Assembly (NCBI GenBank): GCA_026770705.1
Contig: JANJGN010000021.1
Span: 97,154,001-97,218,000, forward strand
From: Isurus oxyrinchus
Taxonomy: Eukaryota
Direction of reading: 5' to 3'
Length of the DNA: 64,000 nt
Part shown: in pieces, positions 39,728 to 50,268 of the stretch
Numbering within the stretch: position 1 is the first letter of the stretch
Layout of the letters: each line of letters opens with the position of its first letter
Program-made: the position numbers and the translations under genes
The notes under the pieces: generated by a model
Told to the model about the DNA's origin: nothing
The model's input: the letters and a program-made list of their open reading frames with translations, nothing else
Database searches by the model: none

Positions 39728-40735
39728 TTGCATCTTTCTGTTCTTTTGCTGGAATAACAGGGAGGAATGTTCAAAATTGCAACACCAGTTTGTAATGTGA
39801 AAGTGCAATTCATAATTTCAATATAACACCCCACTAGTCTGTCTTTTGTTAGCCAGAGTACAATCCAACCCCACATCAGATGTATCTGCCTGCCCAATTC
39901 ACTGATCTCTTTCAATTACTTCCTTTTTCATTGTCATTTTACTGTGGCATTGTCTCAACTATACTCTCTATCACACTGACAAAGTTGAGTTAGTTTTTCT
40001 ACCGCCACTTTCCTGCCAGCTCGTTGCCCATTTGCCCCAGTGGTCCACCTGTGCTTTGAAAGCATTGGCTACACATCGATTTTGTGGGTGCATGCAGCCA
40101 GATACTGTATAAGCAGCGTCGACATCGAAAAATTCGGACCCGATTGCTATCGAAATTTTCTTACGTGTCTTATCATTCAGTCATTGTTGGAAGTAAAATT
40201 GAAATCCTTGCGAGGAAATACAGCAGCATTCTGGCACCATCTTTGGAAATGAAATCAGACTGAACTTTGCCAGTCTAAGACTCCCAGCACTTTCCTGCTT
40301 TAATTTCAGACTTAGCGTTTGCGCTTTTGTGCCAAACATCCGCCCTACAACAGACATCATCAAAAGCACAACCTTTGGCACAGTTAACCAGCATAAGCCC
40401 CTTACATTTCAATCTCTGCGCAGCACTGATGAAGAGGCTTAGGGCCACAGATGTTAACTCTATCCTCTCTCGTAACAAATGTTGCCAGTGCAGCTCGGCA
40501 TTTCTGTTATTTTCACTTTTGACTTCACATTTGCACCATTTGCATTACGTTAGCTAAACTTACCCCTTGTTTCTATCTGCACAGTAGCTGCTTGATCAGC
40601 TCGGCACTTGCAGCATTTCTGTGTTCCAATTCACAGAAAATTGTTCTCTTCAAATCCAGAGAAAATTATTCTAAACAAAAACAGAATTACCTGGAAAATC
40701 TCAGCAGGTCTGGCAGCATCGGCGGAGAAGAAAAG

Positions 40736-40774
40736 AGTTGACGTTTCGAGTCTTCATGACCCTTCGACAGAACT
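40736..40774 (-). ncRNA. Minimal type I hammerhead ribozyme motif in the PLE 3' end (core variant CUGUCGA)
   Basis: Minus strand AGTT-CTGTCGA-A-GGGTC-ATGAA-GACTC-GAAA-CG-TC-AACT: helix I AGTT/AACT, helix II GGGTC/GACTC, palindromic ACGU helix III typical of PLE hammerheads. Confidence 0.75.
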
Positions 40775-40828
40775 TGATTTCGAGTCCAGGAAAGAGTTGA
40801 AATATAAGCTGGTTTAAGGTGTGTGGGA

Positions 40829-40862
40829 GGGGGGGGGGGGGGGCGGAGAGAGAGAGAGAGAC
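40829..40862 (+). repeat. G15 run followed by (AG)n inside the PLE 3' UTR
   Basis: GGGGGGGGGGGGGGGCGGAGAGAGAGAGAGAG. Confidence 0.9.
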
Positions 40863-41174
40863 AGAGGTGCTTGTGTAGACAAACAAGCAGTGATAGAAGC
40901 AGATCATCAAAAGATGTCAGTGACAATGGGACAAAAGTACACATAGGTGTTAAAGTTAAAGTTGCTGATATTATCTAAACGAATGTGCTAATTAAGAATG
41001 GATGGTAGGGCACTCAAGGTACAGCTCTAGTGGGGGTGGGGGAGCATGAAAGATTTTAAAATATTTAAAAATAATGGAAATAGGTGGGAAAAGAAAAATC
41101 TATAAAATTTATAGGGAAAAAAAGGGGGAAAAAAAGGGGGGAAACAGAAAGGGGGTGGGGATGGGGGAGGGAGC

Positions 41175-41883
41175 TCACGACCTAAAGTTATTGAATTCAA
41201 TATTCAGACCGGAAGGCTGTAAGGTGCCTAGTCGGAAGATGAGGTGTTGTTCCTCCAGTTTGCGTTGGGCTTCACTGGAACAATGCAGTAAGCCAAGGAC
41301 AGACATGTGGGCAAGAGAGCAGGGTGGAGTGTTAAAATGGCAAGCGACAGGGAGGTTTGGGTCATTCTTGCGGACAGACAGCAGGTGTTCTGCAAAGCGG
41401 TCGCCCAGTTTACGTTTGGTCTCTCCAATGTAGAGGAGACCACATTGGGAGCAACGAATGCAGTAGACTAAGTTGGGGGAAATGCAAGTGAAATGCTGCT
41501 TCACTTGAAAGGAGTGTTTGGGCCCTTGGACGGTGAGGAGAGAGGAAGTGAAGGGGCAGGTGTTACATCTTTTGCGTGGGCATGGGGTGGTGCCATAGGA
41601 GGGGGTTGAGGAGTAGGGGGTGATGGAGGAGTGGACCAGGGTGTCCCGGAGGGAGCGATCCCTACGGAATGCCGATAAGGGGGGTGAAGGGAAGATGTGT
41701 TTGGTGGTGGCATCATGCTGGAGTTGGCGGAAATGGCGGAGGATGATCCTTTGAATGCGGAAGCTGGTGGGGTGATAAGTGAGGACAAGGGGGACCCTAT
41801 CATGTTTCTGGGAGGGAGGAGAAGGCGTGAGGGCGGATGCGCGGGAGATGGGCCGGACACGGTTGAGGGCACTGTCAACGACC
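41175..41883 (-). CDS. C-terminal part of Penelope-like ORF: linker, Cys motif and GIY-YIG endonuclease (RT missing)
   Basis: RVPLVLTYHP...CPRKRCNTC...FTC..NLVYCIRCSQCGLLYIGET.RKL..RFAEH...PVACHF...E..LIFRLGTLQPSGLN. No stops or frameshifts. Confidence 0.9.
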
Positions 41884-43190
41884 ATTATTCTGTTCGGTTG
41901 CACTTCATTTTGTCTTGGAGTTATTCCACACCCTTTTATGATGGCACTGCCAAACCTGGTGGACATTCAACATGTATTCCCTAATCAAGAAAGTTTTTCA
42001 AGGTGAAACTTCAACTTATGCAGATGTTAATGTCACTTTAAAGTACACGCAAACCGATGGCGCTACCAGTTGTTGCATAAAACCTCCGATTTCTTCTCCT
42101 CCACGTGTTGTTTGGTCTCATCGTGGTGACAGGGGAGGAGATCTTTCCAATTAGTGTGCAAGAACTTGATTTCTATGACAATGTGCAACGATTGTTACTA
42201 TGGCCTGTGAAGAAACTGTTGAAGGAGCATGATGTTGTACTAGGTGCCCAGAAGTGGCGAAAAAGCACTATATTCAAGGTTGTGCCCTTTTGTAACTCCA
42301 ATGTGGGAACAACGGACAAGAAGTCATCTTCCAAAAAAAATATGTATATATATATTTCACTTTAGAAACTGCAATGCACTTTTGTTCCATTTTGCGTAAT
42401 CGAATGAGCTGCTTTGTAAAGCTATTGCCCTGAAACTGGCAGTAAAGAAGAATCAATGGGGAGCAGACTTGCACAAACACGAAGTACATGTCGGAATCTC
42501 ATATGCATTCAACAAATTGACGTTCCAGAGAGCCGGGAGGAGAGCTCTGTAGTTAGTAAATCAGTTGAAGTGGGCTATCTTTCTTGCCAACCAAAGCAAT
42601 CTTCAATGTGAGAGCCTATTGTCCTGGAGGGTGCGCTTCCATAACTTTTTACTTCATATCAGGGATAGGTTCTACGCTGAATCCTGGTAAAACATTGTTT
42701 TGCTTTGTGGCAGCAGCAACATCCGTTCTCAGGTAATTTCATAACCCTGATGCATTAGTTCAGTTTTCATATCGAAATCTGCTGTTAGACTTCCTGCACA
42801 CTTGTAACATTTACACTTTCCATTCCTGCTTTACAGCATGTGCAGTGTTTTCGTTTTGTGAGCATGAAGCTGGAGGATATCTTACAATCATATTTTAGAA
42901 ATGCCGACTCTAATTCGGACTGGTGGACTTTGAACAGCTGTATTCTTAACTAAATGGAGACTGCCAAGCACCACGAAGACAAACTTTCGGAATATGTTTT
43001 CGTTTCCTTCTTTCAATGCAATGTCTGGAATTTGTGGCCAAAGAACAGGAAATTTTGGAAGCTTGGATGCTCAATTCACTTTTCTGCATGTGGCTTGCCG
43101 TGCGATCGAGCACATTTTTCGAAGTTTTTGGTGGTGAAAATGTGCTACCAGCCTGCAGCTTGGCGGTCCATGCCAGCAGCGACGGGTGGC

Positions 43191-43261
43191 GCGTGATCGT
43201 ATAGTGGTTAGTACTCTGCGTTGTGGCCGCAGTAACCTCGGTTCGAATCCGAGTCACGGCA
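43191..43261 (+). pseudogene. tRNA-His-GTG: tRNA-His copy 18, same 1-nt acceptor deletion; terminator mutated
   Basis: GCGTGATC...; downstream TTCTTCTG. Confidence 0.8.
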
Positions 43262-45537
43262 TTGCATCTTTCTGTTCTTCTGCTGGAATAACAGGGAGGA
43301 ATGTTCAAAATTGCAACACCAGTTTGTAATGTGAAATTGCAATTCATAATTTCAATATAACACCCCACTAGTCTGTCTTTTGTTATCCAGAGTACATTCC
43401 AACCCCACATCAGATGTATCTGCCTGCCCAATTCACTGATCTCTTTCAATTACTTCCTTTTTCATTGTCATTTTACTGTGGCATTGTCTCAACTATACTC
43501 TCTATCACACTGACAAAGTTGAGTTAGTTTTTCTACCGCCACTTTCCTGCCAGCTCGTTTCCCATTTGCCCCAGTGGTCCACCTGTGCTTTGAAAGCATT
43601 GGCTACACATCGATTTTGTGGGTGCATGCAGCCAGATACTGTATAAGCAGCGTCGACATCGAAAAATTCGGACCCGATTGCTATCGAAATTTTCTTACGT
43701 GTCTTGTCATTCAGTCATTGTTGGAAGTAAAATTGAAATCCTTGCGAGGAAATACAGCAGCATTCTGGCACAATCTTTGGAAATGAAATCAGACTGAACT
43801 TTGCCAGTCTAAGACTCCCAGCACTTTCCTGCTTTAATTTCAGACTTAGCGTTTGCGCTTTTGTGCCAAACATCCGCCCTACAACAGACATCATCAAAAG
43901 CACAACCTTTGGCACAGTGAACCAGCATAAGCCCCTTACATTTCAATCTCTGCGCAGCACTGATGAAGAGGCTTAGGGCCACAGATGTTAACTCTATCCT
44001 CTCTCGTAACAAATGTTGCCAGTGCAGCTCGGCATTTCTGTTATTTTCACTTTTGACTTCACATTTGCACCATTTGCATTATGTTAGCTAAATTTACCCC
44101 TTGTTTCTATCTGCACAGTAGCTGCTTGATCAGCTCGGCACTTGCAGCATTTCTGTTGGCATTGGAGACGTTGGTTTTGGGAAGCTTTGTTCCAATTCAC
44201 AGAAAATTGTTCTCTTCAAATCCAGAGAAAATTATTCTGTTCGGTTGCACTTCATTTTGTCTTGGAGTTATTCCACACCCTTTTATGATGGCACTGCCAA
44301 ACCTGGTGGACATTCAACATGTATTCCCTAATCAAGAAAGTTTTTCAAGGTGAAACTTCAACTTATGCAGCTGTTAATGTCACTTTAAAGTACACGCAAA
44401 CCGATGGCGCTACCAGTTGTTGCATAAAACCTCCGATTTCTTCTCCTCCACGTGTTGTTTGGTCTCATCGTGGTGACAGGGGAGGAGATCTTTCCAATTA
44501 GTGTGCAAGAACTTGATTTCCATGACAATGTGCAACGATTGTTACTATGGCCTGTGAAGAAACTGTTGAAGGAGCATGATGTTATACTAGGTGCCCAGAA
44601 GTGGCGAAAAAGTACTATATTCAAGGTTGTGCCCTTTTGTAACTCCAATGTGGGAACAACGGACAAGAAGTCATCTTCCAAGAAAAATATGTATATATAT
44701 ATTTCACTTTAGAAACTGCAATGCACTTTTGTTCCATTTTGCGTAATCGAATGAGCTGCTTTGTAAAGCTATTTCCCTGAAACTGGCAGTAAAGTAGAAT
44801 CAATGGGGAGCAGACTTGCACAAACACGAAGTACATGTCGGAATCTCATATGCATTCAACAAATTGACGTTACAGAGAGCCTGGAGGAGAGCTCTGTAGT
44901 TAGTAAATCAGTTGAAGTGGGCTATCTTTCTTGCCAACCAAAGCAATCTTCTATGTGAGAGCCTATTGGCCTGGAGGGTGCGCTTCCATAACTTTTTACT
45001 TCATATCAGGGATAGGTCCTACGCTGAATCCTGGTAAAACATTGTTTTGCTTTGTGGCAGCAGCAACATCCGTTCTCAGGTAATTTCATAACCCTGATGC
45101 ATTCGTTCAGTTTTCATATCGAAATCTGCTGTTAGACTTCCTGCACACCTGTAACATTTACACTTTCCATTCCTGCTTTACAGCATGTGCAGTGTTTTCG
45201 TTTTGTGAGCATGAAGCTGGAGGATATCTTACAATCATATTCTAGAAATGCCGACTCTAATTCGGACTGGTGGACTTTGAACAGCTGTATTCTTAACTAA
45301 ATGGAGACTGCCAAGCACCACGAAGACAAACTTTCGGAATATGTTTTCGTTTCCTTCTTTCAATGCAATGTCTGGAATTTGTGGCCAAAGAACAGGAAAT
45401 TTTGGAAGCTTGGATGCTCAATTCACTTTTCTGCATGAGGCTTGCCGTGCGATCGAGCACATTTTTCGAAGTTTTTGGTGGTGAAAATGTGCTACCAGCC
45501 TGCAGCTTGGCGGTCCATGCCAGCAGCGACGGGTGGC

Positions 45538-45608
45538 GCGTGATCGTATAGTGGTTAGTACTCTGCGTTGTGGCCGCAGTAACCTCGGTTCGAATCCGAG
45601 TCACGGCA
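45538..45608 (+). pseudogene. tRNA-His-GTG: tRNA-His copy 19, same 1-nt acceptor deletion
   Basis: GCGTGATC...TCACGGCA. Confidence 0.8.
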
Positions 45609-47870
45609 TTGCATCTTTCTGTTCTTTTTCTGGAATAACAGGGAGGAATGTTCAAAATTGCAACACCAGTTTGTAATGTGAAAGTGCAATTCATAATTTC
45701 AATATAACACCCCACTAGTCTGTCTTTTGTTATCCAGAGTACAATCCAACCCCACATCAGATGTATCTGCCTGCCCAATTCACTGATCTCTTTCAATTAC
45801 TTCCTTTTTCATTGTCATTTTACTGTGCCTTTGTCTCAACTAATAATCTATATGACACTGACAACGTTGAGTTAGATTTTCTACCGCCACTTTCCTGCCA
45901 GCTCGTTGCCCATTCGCCCCAATGCTTTGAAAGCATTGGCTACACATCGATTTTGTGGGTGCATGCAGCCAGATACTGTATAAGCAGCGTCGACATCGAA
46001 AAATTCGGACCCGATTGCTATCGAAATTTTCTTACGTGTCTTGTCATTCAGTCATTGTTGGAAGTAAAATTGAAATCCTTGCGAGGAAATACAGCAGCAT
46101 TCTGGCACAATCTTTGGAAATGAAATCAGACTGAACTTTGCCAGTCTAAGACTCCCAGCACTTTCCTGCTTTAATTTCAGACTTAGCGTTTGCGCTTTTG
46201 TGCCAAACATCCGCCCTACAACAGACATCATCAAAAGCACAACCTTTGGCACAGTTAACCAGCATAAGCCCCTTACATTTCAATCTCTGCGCAGCACTGA
46301 TGAAGAGGCTTAGGGCCACAGATGTTAACTCTATCCTCTCTCGTAACAAATGTTGCCAGTGCAGCTCGGCATTTCTGTTATTTTCACTTTTGACTTCACA
46401 TTTGCACCATTTGCATTATGTTAGCTAAACCTACCCCTTGTTTCAATCTGCACAGTAGCTGTTTGATCAGCTCGGCACTTGCAGCATTTCTGTTGGCATT
46501 GGAGACGTTGGTTTTGGGAAGCTTTGTTCCAATTCACAGAAAATTGTTCTCTTCAAATCCAGAGAAAATTATTCTGTTCGGTTGCACTTCATTTTGTCTT
46601 GGAGTTATTCCACACCCTTTTATGATGGCACTGCCAAACCTGATGGACATTCAACATGTATTCCCTAATCAAGAAAGTTTTTCAAGGTGAAACTTCAACT
46701 TATGCAGCTGTTAATGTCACTTTAAATTACACGCAAACCGATGGCGTTACCAGCGTGTTGCATGAAACCTGCGATTTCCTTCTCCTCCACGTGTTGTTTG
46801 GTATCATCGTGGTGACAGGGGAACAGATCTTTTCAATTAATGTGCGATAACTTGATTTCAATGACAATGTGCAACGATTGTTACTATGGCCTGTGAACGA
46901 ACTGATGAAGGAGCTGTTGTTAAACTAGGTGCCCAGAAGTGGCGAGAAAGTACTATATTCAAGGTTTTGCACTTTTCTAACTCCAACAAGGGAACAACGG
47001 AAAAGAAGTCACCGTTCAAAAAATATGTATATATATATTTCACTTGAGAAACTGCAATGCACTTTTATTCCATTTTGCGTAATAGAATGAGCTCCTTTGT
47101 AAAGTTATTTCCCTGAAACTGCCAGTAAAGAAGAATCAATGGTGAGCAGACTTGCACAAACACGAGATACATGTCGGAATCTCATATGCATTCAACAAAT
47201 TGACGTTACAGCGAGCCGGGGGGAGAGCTCTGTAGTTAGTAAATCAGTTGAAGTGGGTTATCTTTCTTTTCAACCAAAGCAATCTTCAATGTGAGAGCCT
47301 ATTGGCCTGGAGGGTGCGCTTCCATAACTTTTTACTTCATATCAGGGATAAGTCCTACGCTGATTCCTGGTAAAACATTGTTTTGCTTTGTGGCAGCAGC
47401 AACATCCGTTCTCAGGTAATTTCATAACCCTGATGCATTAGTTCAGTTTTCATATCGAAATCTGCTGTTAGACTTCCTGCACACCTGTAACATTTACACT
47501 TTCCATTCCTGCTTTACAGCATGTGCAGTGTTTTCGTTTTGTGAGCATGAAGCTGGAGAATATCTTACAATATTTTAGAAATGCCGACTCTAATTCGGAC
47601 TGGTGGACTTTGAACAGCTGTATTATTAACTAAATGGAGACTGCCAAGCACCACGAAGACAAACGTTTGGAATATTTTTTCGTTTCCTTCTTTCAATGCA
47701 ATGCCTTGAATTTGCAGCCAAAGAACAGGAAATTTTGGAAGCTTGGATGCTCAATTCACTTTTCTGCATGAGGCTTGCCGCGCAATCGAGCACTTTTTTC
47801 GAAGTGTTTGGTGGTGAAAATGTGCTACCAGCCTGCAGCTTGGCAGTCCATGCCAGCAGCGACGGGTGGC

Positions 47871-47942
47871 GCCATGATCGTATAGTGGTTAGTACCCTGC
47901 GTTGTGGCCGCAGTAACCTTGGTTCGAATCCGAGTCATGGCA
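47871..47942 (+). tRNA. tRNA-His-GTG: tRNA-His(GTG) copy 20, isodecoder with A4-U69 pair, C26, U51:G63
   Basis: GCCATGA...TACCCTGCG...CTTGGTTCGAATCCGAGTCATGGCA; all stems still pair. Confidence 0.88.
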
Positions 47943-50196
47943 TTGCTTCTTTCTGTTCTTTTGCTGGAATAACTGGGAGGAATGTTCAAAATTGCAACAC
48001 CAGTTTGTAATGTGAAAGTGCAATTCATAATTTCAATATAACACCCCACTAGTCTGTCTTTTGTTATCCAGAGTACAATCCAACCCCACATCAGATGTAT
48101 CTGCCTGCCCAATTCACTGATTTCTTTCAATTACTTCCTTTATCATTGTCATTTTACTGTGCCTTTGTCTCAACTAATAATCTATATCACACTGACAACG
48201 TTGAGTTAGATTTTCTACCGCCACTTTCCTGCCAGCTCGTTGCCCATTCGCCCCAGTGGACCACCTGTGCTTTGAAAGCATTGGCTACACATCGATTTTG
48301 TGGGTGCATGCAGCCAGATACTGTATAAGCAGGGTGGACATCGAAAAATTCGGACCCGATTGATATCGAAATTTTCTTATGTATCTTGTCATTCAGTCAT
48401 TGTTGGAAGTAAAATTGAAATCCTTGCGAGGAAATACCGCAGCATTGTGGCACAATCTTTGGAAATGAAATCAGACTGAACTTTGCCATTCGAAGACTCC
48501 CAGCACTTTCCTGCTTTAATTTCAGACTTAGCGCTTGCACTTTTGTGCCAAACCTACTCCCTACAGCAGACATCATCAAAAGCACAACCTCTGCCACAGT
48601 TAACAGGCATAACCCCAAAACTTTTTTTATCCCTGCACAGCACTGATGAAGGGGCTTAGGGCCTCAGATGTTAACTCTATCCTCTCTCGTAACAAATGTT
48701 GCCAGTGCGGCTTCCCATTTCTGTTATTTTCACTTTTTACTTCACAATTGCACCATTCGCATTATGTTAGCTAAACTTACCCCTTGTTTCTATCTGCACA
48801 GTAGCTGCTTGATCAGCTCGGCACTTGCAGCATTTATGTTGGCATTGGAGACGTTCGTTTTGGAACGCTTTGTTCCAATTCACTGAAAATTGTTCCCTTC
48901 AAATCCAGAGAAAATTATTCTGTTCGGTTGCGCTTCATTTTGTCTTGGAATTATTCCACACCCTTTTATGCTGGCACTGCCAAACCTGGTGGGCATTCAA
49001 CATGTATTCCCGAATCCAGAAAGACTTATGCAGCTGTTGTTGTCACTTTTAAATACGCACAAACTGATGGCGCGACCAGCATGTTGCATAAAACCTCCAA
49101 TTTCTTCTCCTCCACGTGTTGTTTGGTATCATCGCGGTGACAGGGGAGCAGATCTTTTCAATTAATGTGCAAGAACTTGATTTCAATGACAATGTGCAAT
49201 GATTGTTACTATGGCCAGTGAACAAACTGATGAAGGAGCCGATGTTAAACTAGGTGCCCAAAAGTGGCGAAAAAGTACTATATTCAAGGCTGTGCACTTT
49301 TGTAACTCCAACAAGGGAACAACGGAAAAGAAGTCACCGTTCAAAAAAATATGTTTGAATATATGTCACTTGAGAAACTGCAATGCACTTTTATTCCATT
49401 TTGCGTAATAGAATGAGCTCCTTTGTAAAGCTATTTCCCTGAAACTGCCAGTAAAGAAGAATCAATGGTGAGCAGACTTGCACAAACACGAGATACATGT
49501 CGGAATCTTATATGCATTCAACAAATTGACGTTACAGCGAGCCGGGAGGAGAGCTCTGTAGTTAGTAAATCAATTGAAGTGGGTTATCTTTCTTTTCAAC
49601 CAAAGCAATCTTCAATGTGAGAGCCTATTGGCCTGGAGGGTGCGCTTCCATAACTTTTTACTTCATATCAGTGATAAGTCCTACGCTGATTCGTGGTAAA
49701 ACATTGTTTTGCTTTGTGGCAGCAGCAACATCCGTTCTCAGGTAATTTCATAACCCTGATGCATTAGTTCAGTTTGCATATCGAAATCTGCTGTTAGACT
49801 TCCTGCACACCTGTAACATTTACACTTTCCATTCCTGCTTTACAGCATGTGCAGTGTTTTCGTTTTGTGAGCATGAAGCTGGAGGATATTTTACAATATT
49901 TTAGAAATGCCGACTCGAATTCGGACCGGTGGACTTTGAACAGCTGTATTATTAACTAAATGGAGACTGCCAAGCACCACGAAGACAAACGTTTGGAATA
50001 TTTTTTCGTTTCCTTCTTTCAGTGCAATGCCTTGAATTTGCAGCCAAAGAACAGGAAATTTTGGAAGCTTGGATGCTCAATTCACTTTTCTGCGTGAGGC
50101 TTGCCGCGCAATCGAGCGCTTTTTTCGAAGTGTTTGGTGGTGAAAATGTGCTACCAGCCTGCAACTTGGCAGTCCATGCCAGCAGCGACGGGTGGC

Positions 50197-50268
50197 GCCA
50201 TGATCGTATAGTGGTTAGTACCCTGCGTTGTGGCCGCAGTAACCTTGGTTCGAATCCGAGTCATGGCA
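50197..50268 (+). tRNA. tRNA-His-GTG: tRNA-His(GTG) copy 21, same as copy 20
   Basis: Identical to copy 20. Confidence 0.88.

Larger units (their letters stand above)
40673..41883 (-). mobile_element. 5'-truncated Penelope-like retroelement (GIY-YIG, Neptune-like), 1211 bp, 8-bp TSD ATTATTCT
   Basis: Interrupts the unit sequence GAAAATTATTCTGTTCGG. ATTATTCT at 40665-40672 and 41884-41891. Encodes a GIY-YIG domain, has a C-rich 3' UTR and a terminal hammerhead motif. Confidence 0.93.

Noticed and set aside
41074-41433. 119-aa + strand ORF and other ORFs inside the PLE
   Set aside because: Antisense or alternative frames of the GIY-YIG ORF and low-complexity UTR.
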